A stretch of DNA of 64,000 bases from an uncultured Actinomycetota bacterium (GCA_963743915.1 CAVURN010000003.1:192001-256000); one strand, 5' to 3'. Positions 39,112 to 48,937 are shown, numbered from the stretch's first letter. Notes: generated by a model from the letters alone, not told the origin. Numbers and translations: made by a program.

Positions 39112-39117
39112 CATACA

Positions 39118-39132
39118 AACTGCTGGCGCGCC
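39118..39132. repeat. Target-site duplication (15 bp), right copy, overlapping the tRNA-Arg 3' end
   Basis: AACTGCTGGCGCGCC directly after the terminal ACA. Confidence 0.85.
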
Positions 39133-39199
39133 CGAAGGGATTCGAACCCCTAACCTTCTGATCCGTAGTCAGATGCTCTATCCGTTGAGCTACGGGCGC
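39124..39199 (-). tRNA. tRNA-Arg(ACG)
   Basis: GCGCCCGTAGCTCAACGGATAGAGCATCTGACT-ACG-GATCAGAAGGTTAGGGGTTCGAATCCCTTCGGGCGCGCCA; 76 nt with encoded CCA. Confidence 0.97.
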
Positions 39200-39271
39200 T
39201 TAGGCCCCGGAGGGCCAGGCAGACACCTTACCGAGGCGTCGCATCGAACTCGAAACCCGCCTCGACCCGTC

Positions 39272-39326
39272 GATCTTGAGCGCGGGGGCCGACGCGCCGG
39301 GCGTGTCTGCCCCCGCGCTCAAGATC
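39272..39326. repeat. Perfect 18-bp inverted repeat (REP-like hairpin) between the two tRNAs
   Basis: GATCTTGAGCGCGGGGGC ... GCCCCCGCGCTCAAGATC. Confidence 0.75.
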
Positions 39327-39347
39327 AAGCACCGAGCGGTGAAGGGG

Positions 39348-39438
39348 CGGAGGCGGAGGGATTTGAACCCTCGACGGGCTTTAAGACCCGAACCCGCTTA
39401 GCAGGCGGGCGCCATAGACCGGACTAGGCGACGCCTCC
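39348..39438 (-). tRNA. tRNA-Ser(GCT)
   Basis: GGAGGCG acceptor stem, anticodon arm CCCGC-CT-GCT-AA-GCGGG, long variable arm, GGTTCAAATCC T-arm; CCA not encoded. Confidence 0.95.
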
Positions 39439-39530
39439 CCACGGCCTCGCGACCGCCCGGTCAGGGTACCGGCCGGCCACGCCGGGCGGCAAAGCACCTC
39501 GGGAGGTGCCGGACGCCCTACCGTGAGCGA

Positions 39531-40532
39531 ATGGTCGACGTCTGGGAGGTGCGCGGACAGTCTCTGCAGCACCACGCCGTCGATGTCGACCACGCGGCCA
39601 CCATGGCGTCCGACACCACGACCACCACCTGGATCGAGGTGAGCGCGCAGGACTTCGAGCGGCTCGGCCCGATGCTCGACATCCACCCGCGCGCCATCGA
39701 GGACGCCCTTCGCCACGCGGACGGGACCAGTGCCATGGCCGAGCGCACCAAGCTCGAGCGCTTCCCCCACTGCGAGCTGGTCTACCTCTTCCGGGCCGCA
39801 GTGGACGCCGCCCACGAGCTCGAGCTCCACGAGGCGCCGATCATCATCCTGCACGGCTCGGTGATCGCGGTTCAGCACGAGCGGCCGCACGACCCCGCCG
39901 ATCTCATCGGGCGATGGGAGCAGAGTCCTCAGCTCCTCGAGCAGGGCGTCCCCGCGCTGCTCTACGGATTCCTCGACCTCATCGTCGACTCGCACCTCGA
40001 TGCCGTTGATGCGCTCTCCGACGCGGTGGACGAGATGGAGGACGACCTCTTCGACGAGACGGCACCCCGCGACCAGGACCCGCGCATCGCCCAGAAGCGC
40101 AGCTTCGTGACGCGCAAGTCGCTCGTGCGCCTTCGTCGGGTCACCCAGCCGATGCGCGAGCTCATCAGTGCGTTGATGCGGCACGAGGAAGGCGACCGGG
40201 TCGCGGTCGACGTCACGCTGCAGCCCTACTACCAGGACGTCTACGACCACGTGCTGCGGGTCAACGACACCATCGAAGGACTGCGCGACCTCATCACGTC
40301 GATCTACGAGACGCGTCTCGCGCTCAACGACCACTCCCTCAACACGGTCACCCGCCAGCTCGCCGCTTGGGCTGCGATCATCGCCGTGCCCACGGCCGTC
40401 ACGGGCTTCTACGGACAGAACATCCCGTACCCGGGTTTCGCCCAGCACAGCGGCTTCTGGACGAGCACCGTGATCTGGGTCGGCGTCTCCGTGCTGCTCT
40501 ACGTCATGTTCAAGCGACGCCGCTGGCTCTGA
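39531..40532 (+). CDS. CorA family Mg2+/metal transporter
   Basis: YYQDVYDHVLR; two C-terminal TMs; GFYGQN variant of the GMN motif. Confidence 0.9.
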   Translation: MVDVWEVRGQSLQHHAVDVDHAATMASDTTTTTWIEVSAQDFERLGPMLDIHPRAIEDALRHADGTSAMAERTKLERFPHCELVYLFRAAVDAAHELELHEAPIIILHGSVIAVQHERPHDPADLIGRWEQSPQLLEQGVPALLYGFLDLIVDSHLDAVDALSDAVDEMEDDLFDETAPRDQDPRIAQKRSFVTRKSLVRLRRVTQPMRELISALMRHEEGDRVAVDVTLQPYYQDVYDHVLRVNDTIEGLRDLITSIYETRLALNDHSLNTVTRQLAAWAAIIAVPTAVTGFYGQNIPYPGFAQHSGFWTSTVIWVGVSVLLYVMFKRRRWL

Positions 40533-40536
40533 CGTC

Positions 40537-41784
40537 TCAGAAGGTCGGGCGCAGCGGGAACCCGGAGACCCCACCCTTGCCGAGCTTCACCCCGAGCACC
40601 TGGTGCAGCTGGATGTTGTTGATGTCGAACCCGACACGGGACGCCGCCATGTACAGCTGCCACACGCGAGCCCGGCGCAGGCCGACCTCCTGCACGGCCT
40701 CCTGCCAGTTGGCGTCGAGGTTCACTCCCCAGTCACGACAGGTCATCGCGTAGTGCTCGCGCAGGTTCTCCTCGTGTCGCGGCTCGAACCCGTGGTTCTG
40801 CATCGAGGTGATGATCGTCCCCACGCCGAGCAGCTCACCGTCGGGGAACACGTAGCGGTCGATGAACCCCCCTGCACGCGCGCGCTCACGGGTGGTCGGA
40901 CGGGTGATGCAGTGGTTGAGCAACCGTCCTTCGGGACGGAGCTTGTCGGCGAGCCGCGCGAAGTAGGCGCCGAGCTGGCGGCGTCCGATGTGCTCGGTGA
41001 GACCGATGGACGACACCGCATCGAAGTTCGACTCCGGCACGTCGCGATAGTCGAGGAAGCGCACCTCTGCACGATCGGCGAGGCCGCGTTCGGCGATCGC
41101 CTTCTGCGCCCACTCAGCCTGCTGTCGCGACAGGGTGACACCGAGTGCCTTCACGCCGTACTTCTCGGCTGCATGCATGACCATCCCGCCCCATCCGCAG
41201 CCGACGTCGAGCAGACGCATGCCGGGCTCGAGGGCGAGCTTGCGGGCGACGAGGTCGTACTTGCTCGCCTGAGCCGTCTCCAAGGATGCGTCGGCGTCTG
41301 GGTAGACGGCGCAGGTGTACGTCATCGACGGCCCGAGGACGAGCTCGTAGAAGTGGTTGCTGACGTCGTAGTGGTGCGCGATCGCCTTGGCGTCACGCTC
41401 CTTGCTGTGCCGCAGACCCCGACGCCACGGCGGCGACGCCTCTTCGGGCGGCAGCGGGGGACGCTTCAAGACCCAGGTGCCGAGCTCCCGCAGGGTGTTG
41501 AGCTTGTCGCGCATCGAGACGTCGTGGCTGGCCTCCTCGACGAGCAGGGTCAGTGCGCGGTGCAGACTGCCCTCCACGGCGAGGGAGCCGCTGACGAACG
41601 CGCGCGCGAGCCCGAGGTCGCCCGGTGCGGTCGCCAGGTACTGCACGGCCTCAGGCGAACGGATGGACAACGTCACCTCGGCATCGGTGGATCCGAAGGT
41701 GCTTCCGTCATAGGCCGTCAGCCGAATACCGGAACGGGTGCCGAGGACACGTCCGAATGCACCAGCGATCGACGACATGGCCAT
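40537..41784 (-). CDS. Cfa-like fatty-acyl methyltransferase (TmsB/BfaB, Rv3720-like)
   Basis: HHYDVSNHFY, MTYTCA, LLDVGCGWGG, SSIGLTEH, RYVFPDG. Confidence 0.88.
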   Translation of the reverse strand: MAMSSIAGAFGRVLGTRSGIRLTAYDGSTFGSTDAEVTLSIRSPEAVQYLATAPGDLGLARAFVSGSLAVEGSLHRALTLLVEEASHDVSMRDKLNTLRELGTWVLKRPPLPPEEASPPWRRGLRHSKERDAKAIAHHYDVSNHFYELVLGPSMTYTCAVYPDADASLETAQASKYDLVARKLALEPGMRLLDVGCGWGGMVMHAAEKYGVKALGVTLSRQQAEWAQKAIAERGLADRAEVRFLDYRDVPESNFDAVSSIGLTEHIGRRQLGAYFARLADKLRPEGRLLNHCITRPTTRERARAGGFIDRYVFPDGELLGVGTIITSMQNHGFEPRHEENLREHYAMTCRDWGVNLDANWQEAVQEVGLRRARVWQLYMAASRVGFDINNIQLHQVLGVKLGKGGVSGFPLRPTF

Positions 41785-41793
41785 TGCTCCTCC

Positions 41794-43204
41794 TCAACGC
41801 CCTCGGACGCACTTCGCAGTACAGATCCAGAAGCCGCCCGTTGGGGTCGTACTCCTTCTTCAACAGCTGGTACTGCGATCCGTTGTAGGTCCGCCAGAAC
41901 TCGTCCTCCTCGTAGTACGACGACGAGTAGAGCGACTTGCGCCCGCCCAGCGCGGCCACCACCTCTTCGATCCGACGGTTGTGGTGACCTTCACGTTGTC
42001 CGGGGATCTGCTCGACGGAGGACCAGAAGCCGAGGTTGACGTAGGTGGTCGAGGGATCGAGCGCGTAGAGGTCCCAGGTGACCGTGTCCGCCCGCGGCCG
42101 CAGGGGGCAGAGCCACACGGGGGCGATGCCGATCTCGTCGTGGAAGAAGGTGAGAAACTCCTCGAGCCGCTCGACAGGCACCTCGACGTCCTGGATGACC
42201 GGTTCACGCGGAGCATGTCCGCGTCGCGCGTCCAGTGCGCTCTTCCAGCCATGACGACGCTCGAAGCCGACGACCTTCCAGTAGACGTCGCTGCGCAGCA
42301 GCCGACGTGGCAGCAGCGGCCGCACCAGCGGGTTCTGCACGCCGAGGGCGCCAGAGCACCAGAACCAGTCGGTGTCCCAGCGCCAGATGTAGTCGCGGAC
42401 GGTGAGGTAGTCACTGCTGCGGTGCTGCAGCGAGCGGTAGTAGACGTGGCGTCGCGTGTAGTCGGAGAGGTAGGGAGCGGCGTCGACGAAGCGTCCGACA
42501 GTGACCACGATCTCGTCGGGCGCGAAGACCACGCCGTCGAGGAAGTCGACGGTGCGGCCCCTGTGCTCACCGCTCTCCGTCACCTCCGCGAAGGTGCGTG
42601 CGGCGTCGGCGGCGGAACGGTGCATGTAGTGCTGCAGCTCGACGAACGGCTGGACCGGCTGCAGCTCGATGCGCAGCCGCAAGGCGTACCCCAGCGTCCC
42701 GTAGGAGTTCGGGAAGCCGGTGAACAGATCGGCGTACGGCCCGTCCGGGGTGACGGTCAGGACCCGGCCGTCGCCTGTGAGGACGTCGAAGTCGAGCACG
42801 GACTCGTGGGGGCAGCCGTTGCGGAAGGACGTCGACTCGATCCCGAGGCCGGTCACGGCCCCACCCAGAGTGATGGTCTTGAGCTCGGGAACCACCAGCG
42901 GCATGAGCCCGTGACGCAGGGTGGCGTCGACGAGGTCCTCGTACGTGGTCATGCCGAGGACGTCGGCGGTGCGGCGAGCGGCGTCCACCTCGAGCACTCC
43001 GGAGAACGCGGAGACGTCCAGCCCGGGGGTGGCGCTCGCGTCGCGCATGCGGAAGAGGTTGGACGTGCGCTTCGCGAGCCGCACCGGGGCGTCCGGACCG
43101 AGGGCCTGCAGGTCACCCGACAGGCGCTCCACGGCGCGGGCATAGGCAGCGCGCGCGGCCACCGTGCTGGGGGCCGGGCTGGAGGCAGGGGGGCGCTCCG
43201 TCAC
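41794..43204 (-). CDS. FAD-binding oxidoreductase (TmsA/BfaA, Rv3719-like); indel near the 3' end
   Basis: KRTSNLFR, PELKTITLGGAVTGLGIESTSFR, NSYGTLGY, WRWDTDWFWCS, KSLYS. Natural end KCVRGR* at 41794 needs one indel. Confidence 0.88.
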
Positions 43205-43258
43205 GGAGTGAGCCTAGGGAGCGGAGGCGGGTCAGGGCGAGGGCTTCCAGCAAGATCG

Positions 43259-44594
43259 TTATGGATGCAGGCCCACGAGCGAGAGCGCCAGGCCGCAGAG
43301 GGACGCCACGGCCAGCACCCGGAGCAGGCCCACCCTGGCCCCGAAGACCAGGACGAGACTGAGCGCAGTGAGGGCGAGGGCCCATCCGTCCACGCTGCCG
43401 GGCTCGGGGACTGACACCGTGAACGGTCCCCACGAACGCTCGGGCACCTCGCCGAACCAGACGCTCAGCGCGAACCAGACGGCGAGGTCGCCGATCACCC
43501 CGACCACGGCGGCGGTGACCGCCGCCAGTGCGCCGGCCACCCGACGGTCGTGTCTGAGCCCCTCGACGGAGGGGGCACCCACGAGCACGAAGCCGAACGA
43601 CGGCAGGAACGTGGCCCACGCCGCGATCAGGAACCCCAGAAGGCCGGCGACGAGAGCCGGGAGGCCGAGCTCATCGGCCCCGTTGTAGGCACCCACGAAC
43701 CCGACGAACGTCATCACCAGGACCAACGGTCCCGGCGTCGTCTCGGCCAGCCCGAGACCGGCGACCATGTCGCTCGGGGCGATCCAGCCGTAGGTGCTCA
43801 CGGCCTGTTGCGAGATGTACGAGAGCGCCGCGTAGGCACCACCGAACGACAGGACCGCAGTCTTCGAGAAGAGCCACGCCTGCTGGCTCAGCAGGTTGTC
43901 CGTCCCCAGCGCCAGCACGAGCAGCACCAGTGGCAGCAGCCAAAGGACGAAGGCGGCCACCCCCGCACGTCGTGCTGCTCGTGCGGCCTCGACCGGGACG
44001 TGATCGACCTCGTCGTCGGCGTCGACGGTGACGCGTAGCGCGTCCGGAGAGCGACGACCGACGAGCCAACCGACCAACAATGCCGCGACGACCACGAACG
44101 GGAACGGCACGTCGAACAGAGCCAGTGCCACGAACGCGGTGACCGCGAGACCGACCAGCAGCGGCGTCCGCAGCGCCCGGCGTCCCACGCGGACCAGCGC
44201 CTGCACGACCACCGCCACCACGGCCGCCTGGATGCCGAACAGCAGGGCAGAGATCCACGTGACATCACCGAAGGCGGAGTACACGGCGGCGAGAACGAGC
44301 CATCACGAACAACCCGGGCAGCACGAACAGCACGCCGGCCAAGAGGCCACCACCCACCCCGTTCATCACCCAGCCGAGGTAGACCGCGAGCTGCAACGCC
44401 TCCGGACCAGGGAGCACCATGCAGAAGTTGAGCGCGTGCAGGTACCGCTTCTCGTCGACCCAACGCCGCTCGTCCACGACGACCCGGTGCATCACGGCGA
44501 TCTGCCCGGCCGGTCCCCCGAAGCTGTTGACGCCCACGTAGGCCCAGGTCCGGGTGGCTTCGCGGAGCGAGGGCGCGGCGCTCATCCCCGTCAC
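43259..44594 (-). CDS. chrA: Chromate efflux transporter (long-chain CHR), frameshift near 44295
   Basis: SFGGPAGQIAVMHR, LPGPEALQLA, FGGAYA, AETTPGPL. Confidence 0.85.
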
Positions 44595-44641
44595 TCTGTC
44601 AGAGGTCCGGTCAGGCGGCCGGGTGGACGCCCTCGCGGGCG

Positions 44642-46171
44642 TCAGATGCGGAAGCGGGAGATCGACTCGCGCAGGTCGTCGGCCAGCGACGTCAAAGATG
44701 CTGCTGCGTGGGCAGCCTCGCGGGAGCCGGACGCCGTCTGCTCCGAGACACCGACGACGTCACCCATCACCGATGCCACCTCCGCCGAGGCGTGCTTCTG
44801 CTGCTGGCTCGCGTTGGAGATCTCCCGAGCAGCGGTCGTCGTCTCGTCGGCGACCTCGGAGATTCGTTCCAGCACGGTGACGACGTCGCGCGCCAGCGCG
44901 ACCCCGTTCAGCACCTCTTCGGCGCCCTCAGCCGTGGCGGCGGTCGTCGCCCGCATCTCCGACTGGATCTCGGCGACGATGCCCTGGATCTGCTTGGTGG
45001 ACGCCTGTGCCCGCTCAGACAGCTTGCGCACCTCGGCAGCGACGACCGCGAACCCGCGACCGTGCTCCCCGGCGCGAGCCGCCTCGATCGCCGCATTCAG
45101 CGCCAGCAGGTTGGTCTGGTTGGCGAGCTCGTCGATGACGTCGAGGATCCGGCCGATCTCGCCCGACTTGTCGGCGAGCGCTGCGGTGCGTTCGGCCACC
45201 AGCCGTGAGCGGTGCGCGATCGCGTCGATCGCATCGACGGCGTTGGTGACAGCCTCCTGTCCCTCCTCGGCGAACCGGAAGGTGAGGGCGGCGTGCTCGA
45301 CGACCTCGGCGCTCGAGCCGGCGATCGCCTCGGCCATGTCCGCCAGCTGCTGCAGGGTCGCCGTGGACTCTGTCACCGCCCCGGACTGCTTGCCCGAGGC
45401 GAGCGCCTGCAGCTCCGCCGCCGACTGAAGCTCCTGGGCGCTCTCGGAGATCCGCTCGCCTCCGTCGCGGACGCGGTCGACCAGCATCCGCAGAGACACC
45501 AAGGTCTCGTCGATGTTGATCGACAGCGCATGCAGAGCTTCGTCGTCATCATCGGGAGTCGGGATGCTGACGGCCAGGTCGCCCTCAGCGGCCTGGCCCA
45601 GCGACACGGAGAGCTCCTCGACGGCCCGCTGCAGGCGGGTGTGGTGGCCCTCATGGATGCCGGACTTGAGCATCTCGTCGAAGCCCACCGTCAGCGGGAT
45701 GATGGCAGCAGCAGCCAGCAGCCAGGGAAGAACCTGCAGACTGAACGTGCCGGAGGCCAAGGCGGCGGCGAACAGCATGCCGAGCGCCAGAAGTGTGAAG
45801 GTGGCCAGTCCCTTGCGTTCGACGACGTCGGCGACGAACACCGCCACGGTGACGAACAGGACCCACACCGGGCTGCGCAAGCCCCCGGTGAGCGCCACGA
45901 GACCCGCCACCCAGACCATCTCGGTCGTGATCAGCGCATGCGCCAGGCGTCGGTTGCCCTGTTCGATGCCCGAGGTGCTCACCCGACGCGCAAGGACGGT
46001 CAGCATCCCGGCGAAGGCCAGGCCGAGGGCGCACCACACCAGCGCGGGGATCAGGGCCACCGGCACCGACTCGTCGGCGGTGTCGATGAGCAACGTCAGC
46101 ACCAGCCCGAGGACGGCGTTCACCCATGCCGCAAGAGCCCCGGTGCGGGCCAACTGCCGTGGGTTGTCCAT
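44642..46171 (-). CDS. Methyl-accepting chemotaxis protein with multi-TM sensor
   Basis: QTNLLALNAAIEAARAGEHGRGFAVVAAEVRKLSER signalling tip; 5-6 N-terminal TMs. Confidence 0.92.
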   Translation of the reverse strand: MDNPRQLARTGALAAWVNAVLGLVLTLLIDTADESVPVALIPALVWCALGLAFAGMLTVLARRVSTSGIEQGNRRLAHALITTEMVWVAGLVALTGGLRSPVWVLFVTVAVFVADVVERKGLATFTLLALGMLFAAALASGTFSLQVLPWLLAAAAIIPLTVGFDEMLKSGIHEGHHTRLQRAVEELSVSLGQAAEGDLAVSIPTPDDDDEALHALSINIDETLVSLRMLVDRVRDGGERISESAQELQSAAELQALASGKQSGAVTESTATLQQLADMAEAIAGSSAEVVEHAALTFRFAEEGQEAVTNAVDAIDAIAHRSRLVAERTAALADKSGEIGRILDVIDELANQTNLLALNAAIEAARAGEHGRGFAVVAAEVRKLSERAQASTKQIQGIVAEIQSEMRATTAATAEGAEEVLNGVALARDVVTVLERISEVADETTTAAREISNASQQQKHASAEVASVMGDVVGVSEQTASGSREAAHAAASLTSLADDLRESISRFRI

Positions 46172-46270
46172 CCCCACCTTCCTGGCTCGTCGCGTCCCCG
46201 TCCGTCCCGACGCACGCGGACGGACGCCGGCAGGCCGGCGCGCCGCACGGAGGTACGCGTGACCCCTCTG

Positions 46271-46298
46271 GTGTCGGCACCCACAGCCCCCCGCTTGA
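46271..46298 (-). promoter_or_regulatory. Putative sigma28 (FliA/WhiG)-type promoter for the MCP
   Basis: Minus strand TCAAG-N15-GCCGACAC, ~100 bp upstream of the MCP start. Confidence 0.6.
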
Positions 46299-46374
46299 CC
46301 CATCCGGGTTAGCCACCCTGCGGTGGTCCGACCGGGTGACCTGCGGTAACGCGGGCTGGTTACGCTCCGGGACC

Positions 46375-47844
46375 GTGGCAGGCAGCGGACGGCACCAGGC
46401 AGCAGTCGCTGCCGGTGACCACCAGACGGTGGAGGCCGCCCTGACGGTGCTGCGCACCGGCGGCAACGCGGTGGACGCCGCCGTAGCCGCGGGCTGTGCC
46501 GCCGCTGTCGCCGAACCCGGGCTGACCAGCCTCGGCGGTGGAGGGTTCCTGCTCTGCCGTACCCCGGACGGCGGCACAGAGCTGCTCGACTTCTTCGTCG
46601 ACACCCCCGGTCGAGGGCTGCCCACCGAGGACCTCACCCCGCACTTCACCCCGGTCACGGTCGACTTCTCCGGCGCCGAGCAGGTCTTCCACGCCGGGTA
46701 CGGGTCCGTCGCCGTCCCCGGAGTGCTCCCCGGCTACCTGGCCGCGCACCGTCGACTGGGACGGCTGCCCCTTGCCGACGTGGTCGCCCCGGCGGCCACC
46801 CTCGCCCGCCGCGGGGCAGTCCTGAGCCCGACCCAGGCGGAGGTCCTGCAGCTGCTGCGGGACATCTTGGGGCTGACCGCCGAGGCCGCTGACCTCTTTC
46901 TCCTGGGGGGCGAGCCTCCGGCGGCGGGTGGCCGGTTGGTCAACCCTGCCTACGCCGACTTCCTCGAGGAGCTCGGGCGCCTCGATCCCGACGGCTGGTC
47001 GGACGTCCCGGAGGCCGCGCCGACCGTCGCGCTCATGCGTCAGCACGACGGCCTGTTGACCGCCGACGACCTCGACGCGTACCGCGTCCACCAGCGCGAC
47101 CCTCACCGGGTCCAGTACCGCGGTGCGACCTTGACCACGAACCCTCCCCCGTCGTTCGGGGGGGCGATCGTCGGGCGGTCGCTGGTCGAGGTGGAGCGTG
47201 AGCACGCCGCGCGACACCCCACCGCGGCGGACCTCGTGCACGCGCTGCACGCGGCTACCACGGCCCAGAAGGGCGAACCGACTCTCCCGACCTCGAGCAA
47301 GGGGACGACGCACATCAGCGTGGTGGATGCCGAGGGCATGGTCGTCTCGATGACGACCTCGAACGGATCGTGCTCCGGCGTTCTCGTGCCGGGCACCGGC
47401 GTGCAGCTGAACAACATGATGGGAGAGGCCGACCTGCACCCCGGGGGGTTCCACGGCGCGTCACCCGGCACGCGGGTCGCGTCGATGATGGCGCCGAGCC
47501 TGCTCGACCTCCCGGACGGGTCCGTGGTCGCCATCGGCAGCGGCGGCAGCGAACGGATCCGGAGCGCCCTGCTGCAGACGATCGTGCGCCTGGTCGCGGG
47601 CGACCCGCTGGCCGAGGCGGTGGACGCGCCTCGTGTCCACTTCGACGGCGAGACCGCACAGCTCGAGCACGACGTGCCGCAGGAGGTCGCGTCCGAGCTC
47701 GCCGGGCAGCTCCCGGTCAACCGGTGGACGCGGCCCAGCCTCTACTTCGGCGGGGTGAACGCCGTGCGGCGGCACCCCGACGGCCGGCTGGAGGCGGCGG
47801 GGGACGCGCGGAGGCACGGCATCGGCATCGTGGCCGACCTCTGA
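46375..47844 (+). CDS. Gamma-glutamyltransferase family protein
   Basis: GGNAVDAAVA, LGGGGF, SVAVPG, TTHISV (Thr nucleophile), LNNMMGE, GSGGS. Confidence 0.9.
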   Translation: MAGSGRHQAAVAAGDHQTVEAALTVLRTGGNAVDAAVAAGCAAAVAEPGLTSLGGGGFLLCRTPDGGTELLDFFVDTPGRGLPTEDLTPHFTPVTVDFSGAEQVFHAGYGSVAVPGVLPGYLAAHRRLGRLPLADVVAPAATLARRGAVLSPTQAEVLQLLRDILGLTAEAADLFLLGGEPPAAGGRLVNPAYADFLEELGRLDPDGWSDVPEAAPTVALMRQHDGLLTADDLDAYRVHQRDPHRVQYRGATLTTNPPPSFGGAIVGRSLVEVEREHAARHPTAADLVHALHAATTAQKGEPTLPTSSKGTTHISVVDAEGMVVSMTTSNGSCSGVLVPGTGVQLNNMMGEADLHPGGFHGASPGTRVASMMAPSLLDLPDGSVVAIGSGGSERIRSALLQTIVRLVAGDPLAEAVDAPRVHFDGETAQLEHDVPQEVASELAGQLPVNRWTRPSLYFGGVNAVRRHPDGRLEAAGDARRHGIGIVADL

Positions 47845-47917
47845 GGAGCGCCGGGCCTGGATTCGGCCCCGGCGGGCCGCGCATGCGACACTTTCGCGGT
47901 TACCCAGAGAGGATCCG

Positions 47918-48937
47918 ATGGACGGCAATTCCACCTTCCGCCACGCGCGCACCTCGGTGCTGTCGGTCGTGGCGGCCGAGGCTCCCGTGGTCGTGTCGTC
48001 CGCCGAGCTCGATGAGCAGCTCGCTCCCGCCTACGAGCGACTGGGTCTGCGTCCGGGGCTGCTCGAGGGCTTGGCCGGCATCCACGAGCGCCGGTGGTGG
48101 CCCGAAGGCATGACCTTCGTCGACGGCGCCGTCGCTGCCGGGGCCAAGGCGCTCGCCCAAGCCGGCATCGATCCCTCGCAGATCGGCCTCATGATCAACT
48201 CGTCGGTCTCTCGCGCCTTCCTCGAGCCCTCGACCGCCGTCGAGATCCACCACAAGCTGGGCCTGCCACCATCGGCGATGAACTTCGACCTCGCCAACGC
48301 GTGCCTCGGCTTCGTCAACGGCATCCACATCGCGGCGACGATGATCGATGCCGGGCACATCGACTACGCGCTCGTCGTCAACGGCGAGGACGCGCAGGAG
48401 GTGCAGGAGAACACCATCAAGCGTCTGTGCGCCCCGACGGCCACGACCGGTGACTTCTTCAGCGAGTTCGCCACCCTCACCCTCGGCTCGGGCGCCGCCG
48501 CCATGGTGCTGGGCCGCAGCGACGTGCACAGCGAGGGACACCGCGTGATCGGCGGCGTCTCACGCGCCGGCACCGAGCACCACGAGCTGTGCGTCGGCGA
48601 CGTCAACCGCATGCGCACCGACGCGCGGGGGCTGATGGAGGCCGGACTCGACCTCGCCGAGGCTGCCTGGCAGACGGCCGACGAGTTCGACTGGTCCAGC
48701 TGCGACCGCTTCATCATCCATCAGGTGTCCCGCGTGCACACCAGCGCGCTCTGCGAGCGTCTCGGCATCGACCAGAAGAAGGTCCCGCTGTCCTTCCCCT
48801 TCTTCGGCAACATCGGCCCGGCATCCGTGCCTTTCACCCTCGCCCACGAGGTGGACTCCTTGATGCCCGGTGACCGGGTGCTCTGCATGGGCATCGGGTC
48901 CGGCCTGAACACCGCGTTCTGCGAAATCGTCTGGTGA
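47918..48937 (+). CDS. oleA: OleA thiolase-fold condensing enzyme
   Basis: LEPSTA (Glu), NACLGF (Cys), HQVS (His), GNIGPAS, GIGSGLN; first gene of the ole operon. Confidence 0.88.
   Translation: MDGNSTFRHARTSVLSVVAAEAPVVVSSAELDEQLAPAYERLGLRPGLLEGLAGIHERRWWPEGMTFVDGAVAAGAKALAQAGIDPSQIGLMINSSVSRAFLEPSTAVEIHHKLGLPPSAMNFDLANACLGFVNGIHIAATMIDAGHIDYALVVNGEDAQEVQENTIKRLCAPTATTGDFFSEFATLTLGSGAAAMVLGRSDVHSEGHRVIGGVSRAGTEHHELCVGDVNRMRTDARGLMEAGLDLAEAAWQTADEFDWSSCDRFIIHQVSRVHTSALCERLGIDQKKVPLSFPFFGNIGPASVPFTLAHEVDSLMPGDRVLCMGIGSGLNTAFCEIVW

Larger units (their letters stand above)
37739..39117 (-). mobile_element. IS481-family insertion sequence (1379 bp)
   Basis: TGT...ACA termini; 26-bp imperfect IR TGTTCGGCTTCGGTTGATGGGTGACA vs TGTATGACTTCGGCTGATACCTGACA; 15-bp flanking direct repeat; single DDE transposase. 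Confidence 0.9.

Noticed and set aside
37724-39132. 15-bp repeat as attL/attR of an integrase-driven island
   Set aside because: The repeats abut the TGT/ACA IS termini exactly and enclose only a DDE transposase; no tyrosine or serine recombinase is present.
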